Source of the DNA: Anthoceros angustus
Lineage: Eukaryota > Plantae > Anthocerotophyta
DNA: 64,000 bases
Direction: 5' to 3'
Assembly (NCBI GenBank): GCA_010909165.1
Contig: MU008215.1
Location: forward strand, 1-64,000
The position numbers were made by a program, and so were the translations under genes. Below, piece by piece: positions 38,301 through 50,045 of this stretch (position 1 is the stretch's first letter; every line of letters begins with the position of its first letter). The notes under the pieces were generated by a model that had not been told where the DNA came from, made no database searches, and was given only the letters and a program-made list of their open reading frames with translations.

Positions 38301-39288
38301 AGGGAGGACATTTTGCGCACATATCACGTGCAAGAAGGTGTTGAAACGGGTATGGTGGCAAACCATGCATCGTGATGCTAAGGAGTTTGTTAAACGCTGC
38401 GATGCCGCCGAGGGTTGGGAAACCGTCGCAACCACTCAATGGCCAATGGTTCCGATATTGGCCCCGCGCCATTCGAGAAATGGGGAATAGATTTGTTGGT
38501 CCCATACCAAAACGAGGACGCGACAAAACCAATACATCCTCGTGGGCTGCACTATTGCACGCCAGATGGTGGAAGCCCAAGCACTGCAGTAGACCATGTA
38601 GTGGCTGTTCCTCTATGAACACATTATCACTCGATGGTTGCCCTTGAGCTTGTCACGACAGAGGGTCACATTTCGTCAACGGTTATATCTCATATGACGA
38701 TCTACTTCAACGCGCCACAGAAAACGACTTTATAATCCCAAGGCAAATGGCTTAACGGAAAAGGCGAATGGGCTCTTGCGTGATCCTCAACAAACTAACG
38801 GTGGAATATGACGATTGGGATCTCAAGCTTCACTCCGCCCGGGCATACAGGATCGCAGAGAAATAACGACGCAACAAACACCGTACTACCTCACCTACGG
38901 CCATTCTCCTAATGCCTATTGAGTTTGAAATTCCCACCGCGATCAGTGAAACTAACCGCATGGCGAGAGGAAAGTCACCGAACGCCTGTCGCCTTCGCTA
39001 AACATACAGAGGATAGGAACGGCGTTGAGCGCTGCGTGATATTCAGCGAAACGGAAAATATGGCATGACAATCGGTTGCGGAAGCAAGAGTGGGTAGTTC
39101 CCGGTGACTTGGCCCTGCTGTACGACAATAGGTATATGCACTTTCCAGGGAAGCTCCATCTTCGGTGGATGGGGCCATACAAAGTCCTGGACGTCTTCAG
39201 CAATGGCTCAGTACAACTGCAAGAGTTAGCAGGACCTCCACTACCGACCCGAGTCAATGGGTGGAGGGTCAAGAAGTATTATACATAA
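29327..39288 (+). CDS. A2 gag-pol, frameshifted, with protease and RT regions each present in about three copies
   Basis: CSTCGQQGHSRSNC knuckle; KIRVCQDWRKLNKVTKKDHYPLPFIDNILDLVAGRMVYSFLDGY (35141-35563); RH (37508-38257); GKLHLRWMGPYKV..RVNGWRVKKYYT stop at 39288. Confidence 0.92.
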
Positions 39289-39323
39289 GTTGGCGAGGAC
39301 GCCAACAAATGAGAAGGGGAGTA

Positions 39324-42300
39324 TGTAAACGATCTAGTCTCGGAAACCCCTGTTAAAATGTGCCTCAAGTGAATTTTTGTTTTTTTTGCCGAGAGTGGTG
39401 TGAAAATAAGTCGATTGACGAGTTGGGGATATTCATAGTAAAAATGTCCTTGGCCTATGGAGTTCTTTTGTTTTATTGCCTAGGTTAGATAATAAATGGT
39501 CCGGAATTTGGTGTTCCTTGGCCCATGGACTCGATATCCACTAAAGGTCTATATATGTAGGGGGTGGTTATTTGGGGTTTGTCTATAAGTTGGGGTCGAC
39601 CAAGCAGAGCGAATGAGTGTGGGGTTGTGGATTGGGCGAGCGAGAAGACAACCAGGGTAGTGGAGGCCAAACTTAACCCTAAGGAAACCAGTGACCAGAA
39701 CAAACGGCGGAGCGCAACGGCCGGAGCGACAGAGGAGTGGAGCGCAACGGCCGGAGCGTGAGGTCGCCGAGGAGCCGATTCGAGAGGCGGACCGTGATCG
39801 GAGAGCGAGAGGGCGCGATCGGTGGAGGGCCGAACCTCACCGCTGAAGTCGCAACACTGTGGAAGGAAGGCAGGCGCGCGCTTGCGAGGAGGTAGGAACT
39901 CGAGCCGACCTCCAGAAATTCGCGCGAGGTGGCACCTTGAGGCGCGAGACCGGGGACTAATGGAAGGATGGCGCCCAAAGCCACACCGAGATTGCTTGCC
40001 CAATGGCCAAACATGGATCATTGGAAAGTCCGAGCGGGGCCGTGAAGGAGCTCCTGGTTCATGGAGAAGCGGTGGAATTACATGACCGGATCAGGAGTGC
40101 GCCGCCACCTAAAAGACAAGCAACCGGCGAGGGAATTAGAGCAAAACCTCGGATTGGGACCGCATTGGTTAGGGAAGTGTATGGGCGCAGCAAGGAGGAG
40201 GGGGTTTGGTGATGGAACCTTCGAAAAGGAGCACAAGAAGAAGCAGCCGCCCGTGAAGGCGGGCGAATCCGGAACCCAATGGTTGGCCGACGCGAGAATT
40301 GGCAACAGACAGCTTAATGGGTCCGCCAGATGGCTTCTCCGCTTCCAAAAGACAAGAAGCGGATTATTTGTCGACCACTGCCGTTGTTCCTCCATGAAGT
40401 TGTCAAGGCGAAAAAATCGATCGGGACTAACTTCGAGAAGTTGAGTGAAGAAAGGTTGAACGATTTCTACCGGCCCTCTAATTTCACCATTCCTAGTTCA
40501 TCTTTATGCGCATGCTAATTGCCCGCCAGAGGTGGAGATTGTGGCCTCCTTCATATGTGGAAGCCCGGTGAGGTGAAGTGGAAAGCGGAGGAGCCTAAGG
40601 AGGAAATTGAGGAGGAATCTGACACCGGGAGTCCATGGCGACATGCCCGAGGAAGAGAAGGAAATTCTACCAAGAAGAAGAGGAAGACCGGGGTGGCGGT
40701 CCCAAAAAAGTGAAGGTGGACGTCACTGGTCAAGGTGCCGCGCTACGTGAAAAAAGCAAAGAAAATGAAAGCCAAACGGCAGATCGAGGTGGCGGAGGAA
40801 GAGGCGCGTCCGAGGAAGAAAATTTTGCCGACTGGATGCGATGATGAGCGCCCAGAGGAATTAGGGCGACGTGGAGCGGACCCTCCTCAAAGATGGGAAG
40901 AGATTTTCAAGGGGACTCCACCGGCAAGAGGTGGATGCAATTGGTGAGGGTGCGCACTTTGTTGGGAGGAAAGTTCTCGACGGAGGGATGGCGTGCACGG
41001 GCCGCAAGTGGAATTACGTGAGCCGACGACATCGATGATCCGGGCCCAAGCGGATTTGTTGGACCAAGCGGCCTTGGCTCTCACATGGCTCGGTGCAAGG
41101 GCGGGAGGAAGTGGTGAAGGCCAGTTTGATTTAAGGAGAAGCCAAGCAAGCAATCGGAGGAAGACAAGCGGCCTTAGAGGAGATAAGAATCAAGCTTCAG
41201 GAGGATTTGTGCAGGCCTGTGAGAAGCCGCAGCCATGACGAGTCCAGGAAGCGCCATGGCTCAAATCAAGGATGCCCACGAGTCAAACCAGAGATGCAGG
41301 AGTTGTTGAGCCTGGGAGCGTGAGGCGGCCTCGTGGAGAAGGTCCATAAGCTGAACGATAAACGGAACGGATGAGGCACGTCGAACCGTAAAAGAGAAGG
41401 GAAGCGGTGGCGTGACACGACCGGGTAGTGGAAGGCACACCGAGGGAAGCAGCCAAGGTAGTGAAACACCTACCACTACTGACCAACGACGGTCGTGGAG
41501 ACTACCACCGTAGCGGAAGCGGCAATGGACGGGCGACAGACGCGACGCGACCATGGAGACATGGACCAGCAACTGTGTGTAGTCTACGGAGGAGGGGGTA
41601 AGCACCTCACAGGAGGTCCTATTATGTTGCACACATGGATGAGGAAACTTACGTGTCGGTCTATATGTGAATGGAGAACGCGTGCTTAACTTCACCGCCC
41701 ATGTGCGTGTGGAAATAGGAGGGATCAGTCCTACCTACTGCAAGTGAGGACCAAGTGCATACTTCTACCATTGCGCCAGAGTGTGGGGATTGGCCCCTAT
41801 TATGCGAGGCGACTTGGAGGAGTTGAGTGAAGAGGAGGTCCAGCTTGGGTGGATGAGGAACCGTGGTAATCCTCGAATAGGCGGCCGGAAGAGGCGGAAG
41901 CCCGGTGGTATGCCTCAATTAGGACGCCCAGCAGGATGTGAGGTGGAAGTCCTGGGGAAAACCCACACCGCGGGCGGTGAGGGCTCGTGGCGGCGATGGA
42001 GGCCAAAGTGACGAGTCGGGAGGGCGCAGATAGCGAGGGCAGGTGGTAGCATCCTAGGAATGAAATTTGGGTAGGATGCCCCATCGACCTAAGATCGCTT
42101 AGAATTGTGGGTGCGCCCTTTAGCTTTTTAGGATCTAGAAACTGGGGAAACGGGCGGCCGCCGATGTATAAGAGGGGCAACTTTGCCCACCACAACAGAT
42201 AACTCCCGGTTGAGATCCCCACGCCTGTGGATGGTTGGAGACGTCCGATCGATGAGAGGTGTGCGAGACGCCCCGGGGTGGTCGAGAGCTTGCTCCGCAA

Positions 42301-43851
42301 CGGGAGGAGGAGGAGGTGATGGAGCAATTTGCCGACAACGGAGGAGGAAGCCCGGTGGTATGCCTCAATTAGGACGCCAGCATGGGTGAGGTGGAAGTGT
42401 GGAAACCGTGACACGGGCGGCGGTGAGGGCTCGTGGCGGCGATGGAGGACGGCCAAAGTGAGTCGGGAGGGCGCGGATAGCGAGGCAATAGGTGGTAGCA
42501 TCCTAGGAATGAAATTTGGGTAGGATGCCCCATCGGACCTAAGATCGCTTAGAATTGTGGGTGCGCCCTTTAGCTTTTTAGGATCTAGAAACTGGGGAAA
42601 CGGGCGCCCCGATGTATAAGAGGGGCAACTTTGCCCACCACAGATAACTCCCGGTTGAGATCCCCACGCCTGTGGATGGTTGGAGACGTCCGATCGATGA
42701 GGTGGTGTGCGCGAGACGCCCTAGTGGTCGAGAGCTTGCTCCGCAACGGGAGGAGGAGGTGATGGAGCAATTTGCCGACAACGGAGGAGGAAGCCAAGGG
42801 ATTGGCGCGGGCGGGTCCGGAGCTTGCTCGCCCGCCGACGCCTGGGCTTTCTTCCCTCCTTCACCTTTAAACCGAAAGTTGTGTTCAAATCGTGAATTGT
42901 GTGAGGTTGGTATGAATTGAGGGAGGGAGAGAGAGAGAGAGATCGGGTGAAGGAGAGATCAAATCAGATGCGAGGTGTGAGATCGTAAGTGGGAAGAGTA
43001 AGTGAGCGAATTGAGCGTAGCAAAGGAGAATTGTGTGAATTGAGAAACTCAAACCGTGCAAGTGGAAGTGCACAAGGAAAACAACGCTCTAGTAGAAACC
43101 GTGTGGGGTGGCGGTGTGTGTGTGTGTGTGTGTGTGGAGGAGGCGAGGTATCCTAGGAACTTTGGTCTCTAGGAATTGGTGGGTGCATGAAGTGTGGAGT
43201 GCCTGGTGGGCGAATTGAGGGAGGGAGAGAGAGAGAGAGATCGGGTGAAGGAGAGATCAACATGACGCTGGCGAGGTGTGAGATCGTAAGGGAAGAGTAA
43301 GGAGCGAATTGGAGCAAGCGGAGAATTGTGTGAATTGAGAAACTCAAACCGGTGCAAGTGGAAGTGCACAAGGAAAACAAAGTCTCTAGTAGAAACCGTG
43401 TGGGGTGGCCTTGTGTGTGTGTGTGTGTGTGTGTGAGGAGCGCGAGGTATCCTAGGAACTTTGGTCTCTAGGAATTGGTGGGTGCATGAAGTGTGGAGTG
43501 CCAAATAAAGTCCGATCCGGTGAGCACGTAGCTGTGATCCGCGGCCGGCGCCGAGATGAGTTGCTAGGGTTTGTGGGACCCACCTCGGTAGTCGAGCAAC
43601 TACCGAGTGGAATGAGATTTGGTCGTGAAATGAGATTTGCGGTCGTGGACAAGTCGGAAGGTAGTAGTAGTTGAGTAGATAGGTAAGAGGAGTGATAGTG
43701 TGTAAGTCCCGACTTAGGCAAGGTCAAGAGTGATAGAAGTTAGCGCCTCTTGGCACAAACCATTCCCTTGGGAGCGAATCCTAAGCCTACAGCGACATTG
43801 AGGGTGAATGTGGACCTCACGGTGTCCCTAGACACAAGGTTACACTCCACA
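39324..43851 (+). repeat. A2 3' LTR (~4.0 kb plus two ~0.25-0.3 kb duplications) carrying the LTR gene at ~39680-42010
   Basis: Starts 36 nt after the pol stop, following PPT GAGAAGGGGAG-TA. TCTATATATG at 39548; ends ..CTCCACA. Confidence 0.88.
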
Positions 43852-44199
43852 AAGACTGTGCACACTTCTCTCGGCCGTCTTGGGTGGAGGCGACCATGTC
43901 CACACGAGCTCAGTGTGGGTGATTCATCTCTCCTCCTCCGGTCATCTCCCATCTTATTCCTTAGGCGGATGGAAATGTAGACTCCACCTTCAACGCGGAC
44001 AATGGACAATGCACCACATCGCCGCGGCAAGACATCGTGCATGCTTGCTTTATTAATCAACTGCATGAAGCATAAGAACTGCGACGTGAGGACAACTCAA
44101 GTGTAGCTACCTTCTATTCAGGTGTACCCCTACACAAATTAAAGTCTGTGGATAGGCCTTCTTCTTGCATGGTACAGTCTTGAGAGGGACAACGCACCA

Positions 44200-44660
44200 C
44201 GTAATGCACATGCCGTCGCATGGCACTACTCCGACTCAAATGAAGACCGATCCCACCTAGCATGCACAGGAGTGCACACAACCCAGGGCTCATGATTCGG
44301 CATGACGTCCCTGTGAGCGAAAACCTGTGTGACGTGTGCAGGAAATGTATAAGGCCCCATCTTGTGATTGCGGGCATACCGGTAGGGCTGCCTCGTGTCG
44401 ACTGCCCAGAACCCGTCCGTCCAGGGTCCCTCCCGTCCGGTGTACATCGTCCAAGCTGGGGTTCATGCATGCTCCAGTCTGACTGAGATCCAGCGGCCTC
44501 GTTTGGGCCGGAAATGACATTTGGGAAAACCCAGGTCGCCCTTGCGGGTCCAGGCATGTCCGAGCACAAGCGAGTGAGGCCGGCCCTTAGCGGCACTAGC
44601 CGCAATAAGGAAGGTGGCGGCAAACACCCACACTGATGGACATGTGGGCACGGGCGAATA
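44200..44660 (-). pseudogene. CACTA (En/Spm) transposase C-terminal (DUF4216-like) remnant
   Basis: Minus frame TDGFWAVDT..NHKMGPYTFPAHVTQVFAHRDVMPNHEPWVV resembles the DUF4216 pattern GFTLVD..EPFxLASQxxQVFYVxD..WxVV. Recognised from memory, not searched. Confidence 0.5.
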
Positions 44661-45679
44661 TGACTGGACGCCGTCATTTACTCATCCGCTACCAAGCATC
44701 CTGCTCGACTACCGTGTCCGGATATCGGATTTATGACGGAAATTCGTTGACGTCATTTCTAGCTCGTCATAAATCCTAATGCATTGTAGTAGAGCTAGTA
44801 GAACTCTTTATTCCGCTTGCACTAGAAACGTATGGGGCAATGGCTGAGGGCTTTGACAAATTTAAGCAGTCCTGTGCCAAAGCTTGCCATGCGCGCAGAC
44901 ACGGTGCGGGGCTGTCCCTCTCGTACTTCACATCATACTTCTGACAACAGGTTTCAATTGCCCTTCAACGGGCGCTCTCAACAGCGATCCTCCACAAGGC
45001 GGTGATAGTAGGTGACGCATCTTCCTCTACCTCCGTGGTTTGCAGGCCGTTTATTCTTCCTGCATATGACATTGTGGGTGCAGTAGGTGACTTTAGGTAG
45101 GGAACTTAGTTGCTCCTTTCTACCTCGACCCCCTAGTCACCTTTGGTTGTCCCCTCCTGGATGGGCTTTTCCCATCGTTTTTTCACCTCAATATAAACCT
45201 TCCCTTTATATGTTAGTAGAACTTATAGATCATTTGTTTACTATGATTTGTGGAGAGAGTTTGGCTCGAACTGAATTGAAAGATAGTCTCACATGACCGG
45301 ATGGTCTATGGTGACAACTATGTATCTTTCAGCTCAGACCATCTTTTGCTAGAGAATGTATAGTGCGTATATTATATCAAATATGCATACTTTACTCAAA
45401 TACTTGTTTGGAAGGTTTTTACAAAGGTTTTACTACATTGGTATAGCGAGGCTTGCACTCGCTTCTCTCCACTTTTGATACGCTTTAATTTCACTCAAAC
45501 CCTCTCCACTTCTTGATATATTTTTGTTCCACGAAACCTAGATGCCGCTATTCTTCATCCCGTACTTCACTCTCATGCGGTTCAATCATGTCGAGCAAGC
45601 CGTCTTTGGAATTAATACCCAATTTGACTTTAGTGTGTACTTTGTGAACACCAGCAAGGGTTGGATTACAAGTCTTTGA

Positions 45680-45906
45680 TTGAGGACAATACATTTCTTG
45701 GAGGCCTTGTGCTCCATCTTGTGTGTAGTTGCTTTATAAGATCTCTTAGTTTAATGGGTCGGGTTCTAGTGCTATGTATTGCAAGTAGCCCTTGTGCTTG
45801 AGGACAATACATTTCTTGGAGGCCTTGTGTTCCATCTTGTGTGAGTTGCTCCATAAGATCTCTTAGTTTAATGGGTTCTAGTGCTATTGCAAGTAGCCCT
45901 TGTGCT
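45680..45906. repeat. Two-copy ~118-bp tandem repeat
   Basis: TTGAGGACAATACATTTCTTGGAGGCC..AAGTAGCCCTTGTGC at 45680 and 45798; the second copy has small deletions. Confidence 0.9.
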
Positions 45907-46362
45907 GCGTGTGGAATCTAGAGAACATTTATTGCACTTTGATACTAATATTTATTGCATTTTGATACTTTGACTACATACTAAAAATATTATAGAAACT
46001 CAGCACGTTAACTATACAAACCTAATTTATTATGGATTGAAGCTCAAAGGTTGGTATTGCACATGGCATCCAGGATTTGAGCTATTCTAACAATCGAAAT
46101 CTCTATGCTATAACGGCTTTTCTAACAATTCAATCAAAAGCTGCTATGTTGTAACAGATTTTACCATGCTATACATGAACCGTCAGATGGGCTAAAAGAC
46201 CTGCATATGAATGGTACCTTCCTCACATGGGCTAAAACACTTGCACGTGAATGGTCTCAGCATAATGAATAATGGTGATGAACACCATTTAACAGGTACC
46301 TGGAAGCTCTACTTTGTATATCGACTCTAGCTACCTATGTAATTTCTGAAGTTCCATGTGAC

Positions 46363-48381
46363 TTATCCGGTCACTATGGTCCGTGCTTTTTCTCGAGGGG
46401 GGACTTTTAGCCAAGTCTTCAGAGTTTCGTACGCACCAAACCCGATGGCCACGGAGGTACCAACTGCACATAAGTGGCCGTTCCAAGGGTCAGTACGGTA
46501 GCAGGTTAGGAGAACGAAAGCAAATGAAAAGAGCCTCTCGAAACGCAGTAAAATGATAGCAGCCATCTCATTTGCCTCAAGACCTTGATGTAGTTAATGC
46601 TGAGCCCTGCATACATCTGCCTCCACCCATGAGTGCGGAAAATTGTGACTAAACCATGCCATGTTCCCTTGTAATGCACAGGGACCAATCCGGATCCTCT
46701 GTATGCGCCTTGGACCTGATCCCAGCAACAACTGTCAATTCTTGAAACAGGATATCAAGAGGAGAGTGCAGAAACAGAACAAACATGCCTTATTTAGTCT
46801 GTGATGAAATCTACCTGCATCTGCCGCCTAATTACATCAAGAGGATAGGTGCAAGTCTGGCCGACTAAACCAGCCACTCCCCCACACCCAAGTTTCCAGA
46901 ATATGGAAGGCTCATCATCACCTGGTATCTGCTTCTTCAATGATTCATATACATAAAACTTGAGACCGGCATATGGGAATATTCCCCACAAAGTTGGTCC
47001 TGCAAACACAACAAAAACAACAATATAGTATTGCACGAAAATGGACATGGCTGGAAGGCATGGTAAATTAATACCAGAAGTCAACCTAAAGAGGATCAAT
47101 CTTAGCTAGCACATTGATACACATACACTTCGACGCCAATTTCAAAACAGTTCTGATGTTGCAACCGTTTAAGGTCTTCTTGAAGGCACATACCAACCCC
47201 TCGGTACAATCCACGGATACCGCTCTCCTTGTAAACCCTGGAGAAGACATCTCCAACACCTTTATACACAACACCTCTAAAAGAACTATCCCCTGCTGCA
47301 GCGGAACCCGTCTGCCGAAAAGTGAACTTGTAAGTGGCCAGCATTACAATATCTACACATCTGAGCATCAGCAAAGCCCAAAAGCCTTCCATTATACTTA
47401 CATTGCATGCCAATCGAGTCCGTGCGAGATCTAACGGGTACGTGCTAATGACCGCTGTTCCCCCAGCTAATGACCCAGCAACGAGGTCAACCATGGGCCC
47501 TGAACCTGCTGGAGGATAGTATTGTATTATCCATCGACGATACTGCTCATAACTCATAAAATGCAGAGCAGCGTATGGAACGACCCTCATGACGTTTGCA
47601 CCATTTCCTCTGTTTCAAAAACAAGCCTTCTATCTCAGGCCACCAGCAATAGGAAAAACAATACCAGCAGCCAACAATGTTTGCCAATTGAAACCCACGC
47701 CACACTCATGTTCATAGACCGGGTGCTACTTCAAGGTGGAAGACCCACCGGTAGAACCCACGAATGCCTTCACTTGTCCATATAGACGTCAAGGACCGCC
47801 AGACTCCAAGTGTCTGAAAGTTGCCGTGCCTAGTCTGCAGTTCACCAGACTCTAGCTAAGTGCCCCTGACAGAAAAGCCAACAACCATACCATGCCATGA
47901 CCTTGAGTTCACACTTCAAACTCTGCGTTCACCGACCAAGATCACTGCCCAACCATGTACAAGCGATTCCTATTACATGGTTTCGTGAAAATATACGATA
48001 TGCAGTATCAGAATACCAAGCTTGACGGACCTCCGTGTTAAAGATATTGCTATACCGTCAATTGCCTTGGAAACCCTAAAGGCACTACGGAAATGCTTTC
48101 CCATCCGCAACAATTCACAATGACCTCATGCACAGGTTGAAGTGAAACGATTTGCAATAGTGGACCAAGGCCACTGCACATTTCCAGTGACAAGCAGTGC
48201 TCATGTCTGATGGACTAGCACAAGGAAAAGGAGCACCAACCTGGTAAAGAATCTTAACACGCTCAAGAGGAGCCACGGCAGACTTAGCAAACCCGCCAGC
48301 CACACCTCCAGCTATTAGCTCCTTCGCATAGGTCGGCATCGAATCCCTCCAAGAATCCAGACTTTGATCCTTTTCAGCCAT
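46363..48381 (-). CDS. COAC: Mitochondrial carrier family protein, CoA transporter (plant CoAc1/CoAc2, SLC25A16/A42-like), 7 exons
   Basis: Exons 48381-48241, 47834-47749, 47609-47402, 47311-47194, 46999-46815, 46715-46584, 46463-46363, all with GT-AG introns and consistent phases until the last exon, which is 1 nt short. Carries three Px[D/E]xx[K/R] signatures (PLERVK, PLDLAR, PLDVIR) plus [12 protein letters not shown] and AGLSINYIK. About 324 aa; an alternative upstream in-frame ATG lies at 48462. Confidence 0.93.
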
Positions 48382-49221
48382 TGACACAGTCCTGCTGTAA
48401 TCCGGATTAGAAACCAAACTCTGGGCTCCCGGGTCCATCCTTCCGGATTGATCGAAATCCACGGTAAAACAATCTTGTGATCAACACGGAATTCTCCGAC
48501 AGTGACTCTGAGGAGGACAATGAGAAGCTTCTTCCACACGCACGCTTCGTGAATCCTGCCCCTAATAAGACAGCAGGGCACCAGAAGGATAACATCCACG
48601 ATTCCTCCGATTTTGACGACAAAGAGTTGAAAACCTAGAAGACCATATCAACCTCTTTCAGGCAACAACCCCATCCTGCAAATGCCAAACTCCACCAACG
48701 TGTCTGATCCAGCTTCTTCACGCTATGACTGCCAAATCCGTAGCCCAACACTAAAACTCTGCCGGAACTCCTGGGCATCTTCCGATCACCTGCGGTTCTA
48801 AGAATTGCGAGATGGCGATTGCCATGGATCCTGCTCACCGCAGGATCTTCAGAGCACAGCCCATTCCTCCATCTGTTGCCCGCGACTATGCGCAAAAGTA
48901 TGGCAGATTTTTCACGCAGTTGGGGATCTGAGACGGCGTCAAAGGAGATATGTGGCAACCTGGACTTCCAGCGGAAGTCGAAGAAAAAGCGCAGCACAGC
49001 GCGCAGCATTCGGACACGCAACATGCACAACGGATCACCACCGCATAGCCCGCGGGCAACTCGAATTTCAGACCTGTTCTGAATGGCCCACCAGTTCCTC
49101 GTGCACATCGGCCGGGTGTGAACGGGTCGGTAAAACTCATGCGACCAGGGAATCAAAGGATGGATACAGGGTATTGGTGCGGGGTGCTGGAGGCTGGAGC
49201 TCGACCTAGACAGGGCCGCAG

Positions 49222-49242
49222 TATAAAATGTCGGTTTAGGGC
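49222..49242 (+). promoter_or_regulatory. Candidate TATA box and telo-box-like motif for the snoRNA cluster (divergent from COAC)
   Basis: TATAAAA at 49222 and TTTAGGGC at ~49235, about 150 nt upstream of the first snoRNA. Confidence 0.45.
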
Positions 49243-49375
49243 TTCGGAGAGTATTAGTCGGTCATTTCGCTCTGCGGGAGAGGCGGCTTTCCCGTGGCCT
49301 CTGCTGGTGGCTCCGTGTCTTAGCTGTCTCGTTATTCATGCTGTAGGTTCGAGCGTCCTTGTCATTCATGTTGTG

Positions 49376-49455
49376 GGTCATGTGATGAATGAGAAAACTG
49401 CAACAAGATGAGCGCGCCTTTGATTACAAGGAAACATTTCTCGATGCTGATGACC
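49376..49455 (+). ncRNA. Box C/D snoRNA 1 (probable plant snoR13-type 18S guide; candidate second guide to U6)
   Basis: GGTCA/TGACC terminal stem, box C GTGATGA at 49382, D' ATGA at 49408, D CTGA at 49447. Guide AACTGCAACAA pairs with 18S UUGUUGCAGUU; guide CATTTCTCGAT pairs with plant U6 AUCGAGAAAUG. Confidence 0.85.
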
Positions 49456-49620
49456 ACATGTTGCTAGGTCTGGTTGACAGCATCAACTGTCTGGTTTACA
49501 GTATCAACTAGTTGCAGGCGCTGACTGAGTTTCCCTGCCTGAAGCCGTGGTGTCTGGGCTGTGAAGTGGTGCAGACTCTGTGTGACATGTTTCAGTCTCA
49601 TTCTCTTGCTTCATGCCTTT

Positions 49621-49700
49621 CAGCGATGATGAGTTTTTTGATACATGTTAGACTGTTGAGATGATGCTTCATCCGTGAACACAAGACTTATCCTGAGCTG
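49621..49700 (+). ncRNA. Box C/D snoRNA 2 (snR58/snoR58Y-type, LSU Cm663 equivalent)
   Basis: CAGC/GCTG stem, box C ATGATGA at 49626, D' TTGA at 49656, C' ATGATG at 49661, D CTGA at 49693. The 14-nt guide ATACATGTTAGACT pairs with LSU AGUCUAACAUGUAU, and the D'+5 rule selects the C of GAGUC. Confidence 0.85.
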
Positions 49701-49770
49701 CGCGGCTGACCGGTGTTACGTGTGTTTTAGTTTTTAGGGTTCGGGTCTTGTGTAGGGCTTGCGAGTCTTC

Positions 49771-49847
49771 ATCAGTGAAGATGATTGGAATTGGTCCGTG
49801 TTTCTGACAGCCTAAGGCATATGAAGACACTTAACCTTTCTGATTCT
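49771..49847 (+). ncRNA. U18: U18 box C/D snoRNA (LSU Am649 equivalent)
   Basis: Guide TTGGTCCGTGTTT followed by D' CTGA (49791-49807) is the conserved U18/SNORD18 antisense element pairing with LSU AAACACGGACCAA. Box C variant GTGAAGA at 49775, C' ATGAAGA at 49821, D CTGA at 49840. Confidence 0.9.
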
Positions 49848-50045
49848 CTGTGAAACTCTGTTGGGACGGTGTTTCGTTTGATCTTCAGTGTAATAGCTAG
49901 GGTAGGGTGCCCGTCGTTGGTCCTGGTTAGTGTAATCGGTTGAATTGGTTCAGGTCTTTTTTTCCCTTGTGCAGGCAGTGACCTAAGATCGTTATCTGAT
50001 TTTCTTATTTTAGTGCCCTTGTCGGCTGGTCTCCGCTGACATTCT

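Larger units (their letters stand above)
23312..43851 (+). mobile_element. Athila-like Ty3/gypsy element A2 (gag-pol nearly identical to A1, diverged LTR core; many internal duplications)
   Basis: Starts TGTAAACGATCTAG at 23312 after unrelated flank and ends TACACTCCACA at 43851. PBS at 28148 and 28919; PPT at 39311-39321. Confidence 0.9.

Noticed and set aside
7900-43440. Recurrent (GA)n/(GT)n tracts and repeated blocks as a CRISPR-like or satellite array
   Set aside because: They are microsatellites within the LTR R/U5 region; there is no repeat-spacer structure.
49850-50040. Possible additional H/ACA or C/D snoRNA between U18 and snoRNA 4
   Set aside because: Only weak hairpins and partial boxes; insufficient support by eye.
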